64,000 nt of DNA from Bacteroidales bacterium (GTDB taxonomy: Bacteria > Bacteroidota > Bacteroidia > Bacteroidales > Bacteroidaceae): NCBI GenBank assembly GCA_004554665.1, contig SFKY01000004.1, forward strand, positions 1,081 to 65,080. Direction: 5' to 3'. Of the stretch, positions 48,291-57,955 are shown piece by piece; the stretch's first letter is position 1, and each line of letters starts with the position of its first letter. The notes beneath the pieces are model-generated. The model was not told the DNA's origin, ran no database searches, and was given only the letters and a program-made list of their open reading frames with translations. Position numbers and translations under genes: made by a program.

Positions 48291-50138
48291 CTATTTCTTT
48301 CTCGGCTTGCGTCGTGCCCATCCCTCTTCGCTGAAGTCGGGTTCCTCGCCTTTGAGTTTAAAGGGAGCGCCGCTGATCAGTTCGCGCCAGTCCTCACGCT
48401 TGTGTGTCTTCTTGGCAGAGGGAGCGCTGGGACGGTCGTCGCTACGCTTGGCGTGCGACGGGCTTTTGCCACCTTTGGCAGCGCGGCCGTGTCCGGCCTC
48501 GTCGGCATCGTTGCAGCGTACCTCGCGACCTTTGTACACGGTGCCGTTGAGAGCTTTCATCACCCGTCGGGCATCGTCCTTGGGAACTTCGATGTAGCAG
48601 AACTTGCTCAGCAGGTCGATGTGTCCCACCTCTTGCCGTCCTTTGACATGGCGGTTGAGGTACTGCATGATTTCGCCGGGATAGAATCCGTCGGCTTTGC
48701 CAAGATTGATGAACAGGCGCTGGTAACCGGCCTCGGCCTCGTGCTTGCGGCGGCCGTTGGTCACGTTGCCCTTGCCGCGGGAGGTCTTCTCGCCCCTGCC
48801 CTTGGCGGTGGATGGCTTCTCTATCTCCGGCGCATGCTTGTAGTAATTGAGGAAACGGCCAAAGGTGATGGTCACCATCTTCTTGATGACATCCTCTTTG
48901 TCCACGTACTCAAACTGCCGGTTGATTTCTTCCATGTAGGGGGCAATCTGCTCGTCGTCCACATCGGTCTTCATGATGTCGTCCATCACCTTGTAGAGCT
49001 GCTTCTTGCAGATTTCCACGGCCGTGGGCAGGTCGCCGTCTACAAACTGCTTGCCTATCTCGCGCTCTATGTTACGCACTTTCGACTTCTCGCGGGTATG
49101 GATGATAGAGATAGAGGTGCCTTTCTTGCCGGCGCGTCCGGTACGTCCGCTACGGTGGGTATAGTTCTCTATGTCGTCGGGCAGTCCGTAGTTGATGACG
49201 TGTGTCAGGTCGTCCACGTCCAGTCCGCGTGCGGCCACATCAGTAGCCACCAGCAGCTGCACCGTGTGCTGGCGGAACTTCTGCATGGTGAGGTCGCGCT
49301 GCTGCTGCGACAGGTCGCCGTGCAGTGCTTCGGCGTTGTAGCCGTCCTTGATGAGCTTGTCGGCTATCTCCTGCGTCTCCACCTTGGTGCGGCAGAAGAT
49401 GATGGCGAATATGCGCGGATAGTAGTCCACGATGCGCTTCAGGGCCAGGTATTTGTCCTTGGAGTGTACCATATAGTAGATGTGGTTCACATTCTCCGCG
49501 CCCTCGTTGCGGCTTCCTACCACGATTTCCTTGTGGTCGTGCAGATAACTCTTGGCTATCTTCTCTATCTCGCGGCTCATGGTGGCCGAGAAGAGCAGTG
49601 TGTTACGGTCGGAGGGCACTCCCTCGAAGATAGCGTTGATGCTTTCGGAGAAGCCCATGTTCAGCATCTCGTCAGCTTCGTCCAATACCACGTTGTTCAC
49701 GTGCTCCAGCTTAGCCACGCCGCGGTTCATCAGGTCGATGAGCCTACCGGGCGTGGCCACGATGATCTGCACGCCCTTCTTGAGCATCCTGATCTGCGCC
49801 TCGATGGACGATCCGCCGTACACAGGGGCAATGTGCACCCCCCTCATGTACTTGGCGAAGTCGTTGAGGTCGTCGGCTATCTGCAGGCAGAGCTCACGGG
49901 TGGGGCTGAGGATAAGCGCCTGTGTCTCCTTGCTGTCCGGATCGATCTTCTGGAGCAGGGGAATGCCGAAAGCTGCCGTCTTGCCGGTGCCGGTCTGTGC
50001 CAATGCTATGACATCGTTGCCGTGTCCGAGTAAATAAGGGATTACTTCTTCCTGTACGGGCATGGGATGCTCAAACCCGAGTTCGCTGATGGCGCGGCGA
50101 ATATCTTCGCTGACGCCCAATTCTTCAAATGTCTTCAA
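48291..50138 (-). CDS. DEAD-box RNA helicase with DbpA-type C-terminal RNA-binding domain
   Basis: AQTGTGKT, PTREL, DEADEM, SAT, ARGLD, HRSGRTGRAG; probable TTG start (MKTFEELG) just downstream of -7 box 50163-50170. Confidence 0.93.
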   Translation of the reverse strand: MKTFEELGVSEDIRRAISELGFEHPMPVQEEVIPYLLGHGNDVIALAQTGTGKTAAFGIPLLQKIDPDSKETQALILSPTRELCLQIADDLNDFAKYMRGVHIAPVYGGSSIEAQIRMLKKGVQIIVATPGRLIDLMNRGVAKLEHVNNVVLDEADEMLNMGFSESINAIFEGVPSDRNTLLFSATMSREIEKIAKSYLHDHKEIVVGSRNEGAENVNHIYYMVHSKDKYLALKRIVDYYPRIFAIIFCRTKVETQEIADKLIKDGYNAEALHGDLSQQQRDLTMQKFRQHTVQLLVATDVAARGLDVDDLTHVINYGLPDDIENYTHRSGRTGRAGKKGTSISIIHTREKSKVRNIEREIGKQFVDGDLPTAVEICKKQLYKVMDDIMKTDVDDEQIAPYMEEINRQFEYVDKEDVIKKMVTITFGRFLNYYKHAPEIEKPSTAKGRGEKTSRGKGNVTNGRRKHEAEAGYQRLFINLGKADGFYPGEIMQYLNRHVKGRQEVGHIDLLSKFCYIEVPKDDARRVMKALNGTVYKGREVRCNDADEAGHGRAAKGGKSPSHAKRSDDRPSAPSAKKTHKREDWRELISGAPFKLKGEEPDFSEEGWARRKPRKK

Positions 50139-50250
50139 TATGAATGTTTTATAAAACTTCGGCAAAGGTACTCATTATTTGCGACCTCCACAATGAAATG
50201 TCCCGATTTTTTTATCCTCCTCCCCCGTTTTTCCCCTCCTTTGCGCAAGC

Positions 50251-50331
50251 TATATGTGGCATTTGCATGAGCTATATGTGGCATTTAGGTGAGCTAAACG
50301 CGGCATTTACATGAGCTAAACGCCACCTTTA
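50251..50331. repeat. REP-like family A, locus 4
   Basis: Units at 50251, 50273, 50295, 50317 (22-bp period). Confidence 0.8.
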
Positions 50332-50356
50332 CGAAAGCCAATCATCCTTATCGGAC

Positions 50357-50448
50357 AAAAAATAGCCAACTGGCACGTCAAAAATCGGCCAACTGGCACG
50401 TCAGAAATCGGCCAACTGGCACGTCAGAAATCGGCCAACTGACATGTT
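50357..50448. repeat. Tandem direct repeat, 4 x 23 bp (ARAAATCGGCCAACTGGCACGTC)
   Basis: Units at 50357, 50380, 50403, 50426; no spacers. Confidence 0.9.
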
Positions 50449-50471
50449 ATAACATTTTTTGTATGACGTAA

Positions 50472-50503
50472 TTTGATGATTTACAATAAAAAATGTAACT
50501 TTG
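50472..50503 (+). promoter_or_regulatory. Consensus promoter for the AAA_14 ATPase gene
   Basis: TTTG, 20-bp spacer, TAACTTTG. Confidence 0.75.
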
Positions 50504-50530
50504 GGGCGAAATCAGAAAACTTCCAAACAA

Positions 50531-51808
50531 ATGGCAAATTATAGACCGCGAGTTGTAGACCAATTATTGCAGGAAAAACTGGAAGCAATGGGGGCCGTAT
50601 TGATAGAAGGGCCGAAGTATTGTGGAAAGACAACAACCGGGGAGCAGCAGGCCAAAAGTGTATTGTATATGGCTGACCCGGCAAACATGGAGCGCAATCT
50701 GACGATGGCGGCCACCAATATCCGCAGACTGCTTGTGGGCGATACGCCGAGGCTCATAGATGAGTGGCAAATAGCCCCTAAACTTTGGGATGCGATTCGG
50801 TTTGAGGTGGATCATCGACAGGAAGAGGGGCAGTTTATGCTCACGGGTTCGGCAGTCCCGGCTTCTACTTCCGAGATTTTCCACTCAGGTACCGGTCGTT
50901 TTGGCTGGATTAAGATGCGTACGATGTCTTTGTGGGAATCGGGCGATTCTACGGGCGATGTAAGCCTTGCCGGCTTGTTCCGTTCTTCCGACACCGTAGA
51001 CGGCACAAGTCAGATAGACATCAATCGGTTGGCCTATCTTACTTGCCGGGGAGGCTGGCCAAAAGCCTCGTTGAAGACAAATCCGCGGGCGGCATTGATA
51101 GAGGCGCGCGAATATGTGGAGGCTGTATGCCGTAGCGACATCTCCCGGGTAGATGGCATACAACGCAATCCGGAACTGGCACACAGACTGCTGCGCTCGT
51201 ATGCCCGCAACCAAGGAGGACAAGTGCCTGCGGCCACCCTGCTGGCAGACATTAAGACCAATGAGGGCAGCGATATGGCTGAATCTACCGTCCTTTCATA
51301 CATCAATGCGCTGAAACGTATCTTTGTGGTAGAGGATATGGTGGCGTGGAGTCCCAACCTCCGGTCCAAGACGGCCATACGCACCAGCGACACACGTTAT
51401 TTTACTGACCCCTCCATAGCGGCGGCAGCATTGGGACTTGGTCCGGACGACCTCATCGACGACCCCAATACGTTTGGGTTGCTCTTTGAGACATTGGCCG
51501 TGCGAGACTTGCGTGTCTATGCAGATGCGCTGGATGGGCAGGTGTATCACTATCGCGACAAAAACGGGTTGGAGTGCGATGCCGTCGTACATCTCCGCAA
51601 TGGGCGTTATGGCATGGTGGAAGTAAAACTTGGCGGCGGCGTGCTGATAGAGGCAGGAGCCCATACCCTCAAGAAGCTTGCGGGGAAGATAGACACATCC
51701 TGCATGAGAGAACCGTCGTTCATGATGGTGCTTACAGGTATCGGCGAATACGCCTATCGCCGCCCTGATGGGGTGCTGGTGGTGCCTATCGGCTGCCTGA
51801 GACCATGA
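50531..51808 (+). CDS. AAA_14 ATPase with DUF4143 and C-terminal PD-(D/E)xK-like motif
   Basis: Walker A GPKYCGKTT, Walker B LIDEWQ, LTGS, GGWP, YFTDP, ECDAV...VEVK. Confidence 0.85.
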   Translation: MANYRPRVVDQLLQEKLEAMGAVLIEGPKYCGKTTTGEQQAKSVLYMADPANMERNLTMAATNIRRLLVGDTPRLIDEWQIAPKLWDAIRFEVDHRQEEGQFMLTGSAVPASTSEIFHSGTGRFGWIKMRTMSLWESGDSTGDVSLAGLFRSSDTVDGTSQIDINRLAYLTCRGGWPKASLKTNPRAALIEAREYVEAVCRSDISRVDGIQRNPELAHRLLRSYARNQGGQVPAATLLADIKTNEGSDMAESTVLSYINALKRIFVVEDMVAWSPNLRSKTAIRTSDTRYFTDPSIAAAALGLGPDDLIDDPNTFGLLFETLAVRDLRVYADALDGQVYHYRDKNGLECDAVVHLRNGRYGMVEVKLGGGVLIEAGAHTLKKLAGKIDTSCMREPSFMMVLTGIGEYAYRRPDGVLVVPIGCLRP

Positions 51809-51862
51809 TGGGACAGGGGAAAACGGCAAGGAAAAGGTTTAAAAACTTTTACACCATAATCC

Positions 51863-51893
51863 TTTGTCAGTCGCCAATAAATCTGTAACTTTG
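51863..51893 (+). promoter_or_regulatory. Consensus promoter for gpmI
   Basis: TTTG, 19-bp spacer, TAACTTTG. Confidence 0.7.
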
Positions 51894-51931
51894 CACACAG
51901 AACATTCTTATTATAAATAGGTTTAATTCTT

Positions 51932-53449
51932 ATGGCAAAGAAAGCATTATTGATGATTCTCGACGGATGGGGAATCGGCAAACACGGTGCGGGTGACGTA
52001 ATCTTCAACACCCCCACTCCTTACTTGGATTATTTGTATGCCATCTCGGCACACTCACAGCTGCAGGCTTCGGGTGAGAATGTAGGTTTGCCCGACGGAC
52101 AGATGGGCAACTCAGAGGTGGGACACCTCAACATTGGCGCCGGACGTGTGGTATATCAGGATCTTGTGAAAATCAACCGTGCCTGCAAAGACGGCAGCAT
52201 CCTCCAGAATCCCGGCATTGTAGCTGCCTATTCATACGCTAAGGAAAACGGCAAGAAGCTCCACCTGATGGGTCTTACCTCTGACGGCGGTGTACACTCT
52301 TCGCTCGACCACCTGTTCAAGCTCGTCGAGGTGGGCAAGGAGTACGGACTGGACAAGACTTTCGTACACTGCTTCATGGATGGCCGCGATACCGATCCCA
52401 AGAGCGGTGTGGGCTTCATCCAGCAGCTCACCGACGTTTGCGCTGCCAACGGAGCCGCCATTGCCAGCATCGTGGGCCGATTCTATGCAATGGACCGCGA
52501 CAAGCGCTGGAACCGCGTGAAAGAGGCTTACGACCTGCTCGTTGAGGGTAAGGGCAAGCAGGCTACCGACATGGTGAAGGCGATGGAGGAGAGTTATGCC
52601 GAGGGCGTGACAGACGAGTTCATCAAGCCTATCCACAATGCTTCTGTCGACGGCACCATCACCGAGGGCGATGTAGTGATCTTCATCAATTTCCGCAACG
52701 ACCGTGCCAAGGAGCTCACACAGGTGCTCACACAGCAGGATATGCCGGAAGAGGGCATGCATACGATTCCCGGACTGCAGTATTACTGCATGACTCCGTA
52801 CGATGCCAACTTCAAGGGCGTGAACATCCTCTTCCCCAAAGAGAATGTGGAGAACACGCTGGGCGAGTATCTCAGCCGTCAGGGCAAGCGTCAGCTGCAT
52901 ACAGCCGAGACGGAGAAGTATGCACACGTGACATTCTTCTTCAATGGCGGACGCGAGGCACCCTATGAGGGCGAGGACCGTATCTTGGTACCGTCACCCA
53001 AGGTGGCTACGTACGACCTGAAGCCCGAGATGAGCGCCTACGAGGTGAAAGACAAGCTGGTGGCTGCCATCGGTACCCAGGAGTACGACTTTATCGTGGT
53101 CAACTTTGCCAATGGCGATATGGTGGGCCACACGGGTGTCTACAATGCCATCGCCAAGGCCGTGCATGCCGTAGACTGCTGCGTGCGCGACGTGATCGAG
53201 GCTGCCAAGGCCAATGACTACGAGGCTATCATCATCGCCGACCACGGCAATGCCGACAATGCAGTCAACGAGGATGGCTCTCCCAACACCGCACACTCAC
53301 TCAATCCTGTGCCCTTTATCTATGTGACCGACAACAACTCGGCTACCGTCAAGGATGGACGCTTGGCCGATGTCGCTCCCTCTATCCTGCACATTATGGG
53401 ATTGGAACAGCCTGCCGATATGACGGGTGAGAACCTGATTGTCGACTAA
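51932..53449 (+). CDS. gpmI: 2,3-bisphosphoglycerate-independent phosphoglycerate mutase
   Basis: [46 protein letters not shown]. Confidence 0.97.
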   Translation: MAKKALLMILDGWGIGKHGAGDVIFNTPTPYLDYLYAISAHSQLQASGENVGLPDGQMGNSEVGHLNIGAGRVVYQDLVKINRACKDGSILQNPGIVAAYSYAKENGKKLHLMGLTSDGGVHSSLDHLFKLVEVGKEYGLDKTFVHCFMDGRDTDPKSGVGFIQQLTDVCAANGAAIASIVGRFYAMDRDKRWNRVKEAYDLLVEGKGKQATDMVKAMEESYAEGVTDEFIKPIHNASVDGTITEGDVVIFINFRNDRAKELTQVLTQQDMPEEGMHTIPGLQYYCMTPYDANFKGVNILFPKENVENTLGEYLSRQGKRQLHTAETEKYAHVTFFFNGGREAPYEGEDRILVPSPKVATYDLKPEMSAYEVKDKLVAAIGTQEYDFIVVNFANGDMVGHTGVYNAIAKAVHAVDCCVRDVIEAAKANDYEAIIIADHGNADNAVNEDGSPNTAHSLNPVPFIYVTDNNSATVKDGRLADVAPSILHIMGLEQPADMTGENLIVD

Positions 53450-53475
53450 TTGTTTGGTCGTATAAACCCTTTTAC

Positions 53476-53527
53476 AAGGTGGCAGACAGTACCCATGCCG
53501 ATGGGCATGCAAGCTGTCTGCCACCTT
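53476..53527. terminator. Hairpin after gpmI
   Basis: AAGGTGGCAGACAG / CTGTCTGCCACCTT. Confidence 0.7.
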
Positions 53528-53584
53528 TGTTAGTGGACAATCAGAAGTGCAAGGATTCTACTTATAGTCCTCACCCTACTCCTT

Positions 53585-53824
53585 GCCTCAACAATAATAA
53601 TTGCAAAAAACTTTGTTTTTTCCTTTTTATTGTCTTCGGCTTGCACTATCTTTTCATAAGATAGGCTTCGCCTCAACAATAATAATTGCAAAAAACTTTG
53701 TTTTTTCTTTTTTATTGTCTTCGGCTTGCACTATCTTTTCATAAGATAGGCTTCGCCTCAACAATAATAATCGTAAAAAACTTTGTTTTTTCCTTTTTAT
53801 TGTCTTCGGCTTGCACTATCTTTG
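53585..53824 (+). repeat. Tandem repeat, about 2.8 x 85 bp, ending in the ung -7 promoter box
   Basis: Near-identical units starting GCCTCAACAATAATAAT at 53585, 53670, 53755; last copy ends TATCTTTG (53817-53824). Confidence 0.92.
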
Positions 53825-53852
53825 CAAACGAAACTAATAAAGAGGTGCAAGT

Positions 53853-54518
53853 ATGAATGTGAAGATAGAAGACAGCTGGCGACAGTATCTGCAAGGCGAG
53901 TTTGACAAACCTTATTTTGCCGCGCTCACCGACTTTGTGCGGTCAGAGTATCAGCAGACATGCTGTTATCCGCCGGGACAGTTCATCTTCAATGCCTTCA
54001 ACCTGTGTCCCTTCAACGAGGTCAAGGTGGTCATCATCGGGCAAGACCCGTATCACGAGCAGGGGCAGGCCATGGGACTCAGTTTCTCCGTGCCCAGCGG
54101 TGTCATGATGCCCCCCTCGCTCGTCAATATCTTCAAGGAGATAGCCTCGGATATCGGAACGCCGATGCCCTCCGACGGCGACCTGACGCGGTGGGCCAAG
54201 CAGGGCGTGCTGCTGCTCAATGCCACCCTCACGGTGCGTGCCCATCAGGCCGGAAGCCATCAGCGCCGTGGGTGGGAGACCTTTACCGACGCGGCCATTA
54301 CGGCCCTCAACGCCCATCGCGACCATCTGGTCTTCATCCTGTGGGGTGGCTATGCCCGCTCTAAGGCCGCGCTCATAGACCGCTCGCGCCATCTGGTACT
54401 CGAGTCGGTGCATCCCTCACCTCTCTCGGCCAATCGGGGTGGATGGTTTGGCAACCACCATTTCTCGCTTTGCAACACTTATCTCGCCGAGCATGGCATC
54501 GCACCCATCGTGTGGTAG
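53853..54518 (+). CDS. ung: Uracil-DNA glycosylase (family 1)
   Basis: GQDPYH, GLSFSV, PPSL, LLLN, HPSPLS. Confidence 0.97.
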   Translation: MNVKIEDSWRQYLQGEFDKPYFAALTDFVRSEYQQTCCYPPGQFIFNAFNLCPFNEVKVVIIGQDPYHEQGQAMGLSFSVPSGVMMPPSLVNIFKEIASDIGTPMPSDGDLTRWAKQGVLLLNATLTVRAHQAGSHQRRGWETFTDAAITALNAHRDHLVFILWGGYARSKAALIDRSRHLVLESVHPSPLSANRGGWFGNHHFSLCNTYLAEHGIAPIVW

Positions 54519-54571
54519 CCTCACACGGATAGTCTGTCATCAAAACAACTTTCAATCATAAGCATAAAGAC

Positions 54572-55165
54572 ATGGAACTGCATATTCTTCAAGTGGGAAA
54601 CGTATTGGTTTCTCCCGACATCTTCACGGTAAAATTCTGTTGTGACCTCGATGCCTGCGGTGGTGCCTGCTGTATAGAGGGCGATGCGGGAGCCCCCGTG
54701 ACGCTCGATGAGATAGGCGAGATCGAGGAGGCGCTCGACACCGTGTGGGGCGACCTCACGGCTTCGGCCCAGGCGGTGATAGACCGGCAGGGTGTGGCCT
54801 ATGTAGACCCCGAGGCCGACTTGGTGACGAGCATCGTGGGCGGCAAGGACTGTGTGTTTACCTGTTACGAAAACGGATGCTGCCTCTGTGCGCTGGAGCG
54901 TGCCTATCGTGCTGGGAAGACTCGCTTCGCCAAACCTATCTCTTGTGCCCTTTACCCCATCCGTGAGAAGCAGTTTCCCGATGGCAGCGTAGGGCTCAAC
55001 TATCACCGTTGGCGCATCTGCCAGTGTGCCGTAGAGAAAGGCAAAGAGCTCGATTTGCCGCTGTATAAGTTCTTGGCCGGCCCGCTGACCCGCCGCTTCG
55101 GAGCCGAATGGTACCAAGAATTGTGCGAGGTGGCCGAAGAACTGAAGGTGCAGGGGCTCCTCTGA
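54572..55165 (+). CDS. DUF3109 family Cys-rich protein
   Basis: FCCDLDACGGACCIEGDAGAP, KPISCALYPIR. Confidence 0.8.
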   Translation: MELHILQVGNVLVSPDIFTVKFCCDLDACGGACCIEGDAGAPVTLDEIGEIEEALDTVWGDLTASAQAVIDRQGVAYVDPEADLVTSIVGGKDCVFTCYENGCCLCALERAYRAGKTRFAKPISCALYPIREKQFPDGSVGLNYHRWRICQCAVEKGKELDLPLYKFLAGPLTRRFGAEWYQELCEVAEELKVQGLL

Positions 55166-55210
55166 CAGCCCTCGCCGATAGTTTTTGAAAAACTCATGAT
55201 GGCTTTTCCC

Positions 55211-55257
55211 AATCGTAAAGGTGGCATTTAGACCTGCTAAATGCCACCTTTACGATT
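55211..55257. repeat. REP-like family A, locus 5 (perfect 21-bp-arm hairpin, likely also terminator)
   Basis: AATCGTAAAGGTGGCATTTAG-ACCTG-CTAAATGCCACCTTTACGATT between convergent genes. Confidence 0.8.
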
Positions 55258-57729
55258 TTATTTGCCACGTTTAGCTACGCCCTTTACGGCCTCCGCCTCC
55301 AGCGGATGGTCCGGCCAGTGGTGTTTGGGATACCTCCGGCGCAGTTCTTTTCGTACATCGAAGTAGGTGGACAGCCAGAAGCTGTGCAAGTCTTGTGTCA
55401 GCTGAACGGGTTTGAAACCCGGCGACAGCAGTTCCATCAAGACCGGGCGCTTGCCGTCGTCCACCCGCGGCGTTTCGGTCATGCCGAAACACTCCTGCAG
55501 GCGTACGCTCAGTACAGGAGCCTCTGCGCCCACCCTATAGTCTATCCTGATGCGGCTCCCAGTGGGCACCGCTATGTGCGTGGGGGCGATGCGGTCCACT
55601 GCCGTCTGTTGGGCATAGTCCAGGAGTCCCCATATCACCTCGCTCATGTCTATCCGTCTGGTGTCTGCCGCCGTAGTACCCCTGTTGCTATAGAGTGGCA
55701 GCCATTCGGCCGCCCTTGCCATCAGTGCGGGGGTCGACACGTCGGGCAGCGCCATCTCCGGATGCCACTCGGCCACGGTGGCGATGCGCTGCTGCATGCG
55801 CTGCACGGCGGTATCGAGCGTAAACATGCTGGCGCCATCTTTTTTGGCGGCCTCGCAGATGACCCTTGTCGCTTCTTCACTCGCCTCCTCGGCCGCCAGC
55901 GGGCGGGTATCGATCAGCAGCGTACCCAACCGCAGTTCGTTTCTGGACACCACGCGCAACTGTTTGCTGTCCCAGAATACGCTGGGGCGCCATTGCGCCA
56001 TGTCGCCCACGGCCTCTTCTGAGAGCGGGGCTGCGAGGAAGATGCGGGTGCCGACCGATGCCACGGCCAGGAATCGGCAGCTGCACAGGTCATCGCCACT
56101 GTCGAGGGCCACGGTCTCGCCGCTTGCCAACCGATAGCCTCCGTCGGCACGCTGCATGGCTATGCGCTCGGGATAGGCAGCGGCGATCAGCTCGCCCGTG
56201 ACGTGTGGGTCGGGTATGGTATTGTCTTCGGCCGCGCGCGCCATGTCCCTGTACTGCTTGGCCACGCGCTCTATGCCGCCCCATCGGCCCGTTAGGTGCC
56301 TGCGGCGCCCGTCGCGGAGCAGGGCGATGCGGGTGTTGATGTCGGCATCGTGCATGTCGTCGAGCACATCCTTCTCCTCCAGCAGGGCGGCGATGTTGGC
56401 CGCCAGCGCCTTTAGTGATGGTGTCTCCGCCCGGGTCAGCATCTGTGCGATGCGCGGATGACACGGCCATCGGGCGAGCAGCCGTCCGTGGGTGGTGATG
56501 GCTCCCTCTGCCGTCACGGCTCCGAGCATGGAGAGCAGTTGGCGTGCCTGTGCCACATGCGCTTGCGGTGGAGGCGTGAGCCACGGCAACCGGTACACGT
56601 CGGGTTCGCCCCACGCGGCGATGTCGAGGAGCATCGGAGCCAGATCGGCATCGCAGATTTCGGGCTGTCGGCAGTCGTCCATCCGCAGTTCGGTAGCCTT
56701 GCTCCACAGCCGGTAGCAGACCCCCTCGCATACGCGGCCTGCCCGTCCGCTGCGCTGTCTTGCCATGTCGGCAGAGATGCGTACCGTCTCCAGATGGCTT
56801 AGTCCGTTGCGCGCATCGTAGACCATCTTGCGGCAGAATCCTGAGTCTATCACCGTGCGCACGCCCTCGATGGTGACCGAGGTTTCGGCCACAGGCGTGG
56901 CGAGCACCACCTTGCGCTGTCCTGGTGGCGACGGGAGGATGGCTTGCCGCTGCGCTTGGGGTGGGAGCATGCCGTAGAGGGGGAGGATGGCCGTATCGCC
57001 GAGTGTGTCGGCCAGCGCCTCGTGGCATTTCATGATTTCCGCCTGTCCGGGAAGAAAGGCCAGGATATCGCCCGTATGTATGCGGTGCGCCTTGCGTACA
57101 GCCGTGGCCACCTGCGTGGCACAGTTGCGCACGTCGGCTTCGTCATCGTGGATGATTTCCACGGGAAACATCCGCCCCTCGCTTTCGAGTAGCGGTGCGT
57201 CGAGGGCTTGGCAGAGGGCGGTCGTGTCGATAGTGGCCGACATCACCACGATGCGCAGGTCGGGACGTATCACCTGCTGGGCTTCGAGGGTGAGGGCAAA
57301 GGCGGTGTCGGAGGCGAGGCTGCGCTCGTGGAACTCGTCGAAGACGACAGTTGCTACACCCTCTAAGGTGGGGTCGGCTATCAGCATGCGGCTCAGTATG
57401 CCCTCGGTGAGCACTTCGATGCGGGTACGGTCAGAGACCTTGGTGTCGAAGCGCACACGGTAGCCCACCGTCTCGCCCACGGTCTCTCCGAGCATCGCTG
57501 CCATGCGCTCGGCAATCTGCCGGGCGGCCAAGCGGCGTGGTTCGAGCATCAGCAGCTTGCCGTCGGGCATGCCTTGCAGGATGGTGAGCGGGAGTAGGGT
57601 AGACTTGCCGGCTCCCGGCGGTGCGGTGACCACCAACCGGGGATGGGCAGACAGCGACTGGTTGACCAGAGGGGCGATGGCGCCCACGGGCAGTTGCTGG
57701 ATATAGGGTGACAATGGGTTGCGTGTCAT
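55258..57729 (-). CDS. hrpB: ATP-dependent helicase HrpB
   Basis: APPGAGKST, EPRRLAA, DEFHER, MSAT, QRSGRAGR; HrpB C-terminal VRLQECFG...ELLSP...RYPKHHWP. Confidence 0.92.
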   Translation of the reverse strand: MTRNPLSPYIQQLPVGAIAPLVNQSLSAHPRLVVTAPPGAGKSTLLPLTILQGMPDGKLLMLEPRRLAARQIAERMAAMLGETVGETVGYRVRFDTKVSDRTRIEVLTEGILSRMLIADPTLEGVATVVFDEFHERSLASDTAFALTLEAQQVIRPDLRIVVMSATIDTTALCQALDAPLLESEGRMFPVEIIHDDEADVRNCATQVATAVRKAHRIHTGDILAFLPGQAEIMKCHEALADTLGDTAILPLYGMLPPQAQRQAILPSPPGQRKVVLATPVAETSVTIEGVRTVIDSGFCRKMVYDARNGLSHLETVRISADMARQRSGRAGRVCEGVCYRLWSKATELRMDDCRQPEICDADLAPMLLDIAAWGEPDVYRLPWLTPPPQAHVAQARQLLSMLGAVTAEGAITTHGRLLARWPCHPRIAQMLTRAETPSLKALAANIAALLEEKDVLDDMHDADINTRIALLRDGRRRHLTGRWGGIERVAKQYRDMARAAEDNTIPDPHVTGELIAAAYPERIAMQRADGGYRLASGETVALDSGDDLCSCRFLAVASVGTRIFLAAPLSEEAVGDMAQWRPSVFWDSKQLRVVSRNELRLGTLLIDTRPLAAEEASEEATRVICEAAKKDGASMFTLDTAVQRMQQRIATVAEWHPEMALPDVSTPALMARAAEWLPLYSNRGTTAADTRRIDMSEVIWGLLDYAQQTAVDRIAPTHIAVPTGSRIRIDYRVGAEAPVLSVRLQECFGMTETPRVDDGKRPVLMELLSPGFKPVQLTQDLHSFWLSTYFDVRKELRRRYPKHHWPDHPLEAEAVKGVAKRGK

Positions 57730-57891
57730 GTGTGAAAGGGATAATGGCTGTCGGCTCCTGTCTTGTCGGGCGCGGCCGATGCCGTGTGATTGCAAAAGTA
57801 CGACAACTTATGCAAACATCAGCGATAATCTGTGACAAATTTTCGGGCATGGGCGAGTTTTTCAGTCGGGTATGGGGCAGGTTGTAAACAG

Positions 57892-57927
57892 CACGAGGAG
57901 CGGTTGCCTATAGCACCGCTCCTCGTG
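57892..57927. terminator. Hairpin after the lipoprotein gene
   Basis: CACGAGGAGCGGT / ACCGCTCCTCGTG. Confidence 0.65.
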
Positions 57928-57955
57928 GGAGATGAGTCAATCGGTCGATAGAGGT

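Noticed and set aside
50357..50448. Possible CRISPR array (23-bp repeats)
   Set aside because: The repeats are directly tandem with no spacers, and there are no cas genes in the window.
53585..53824. Possible CRISPR array (85-bp period)
   Set aside because: The entire unit is repeated, so there are no unique spacers.
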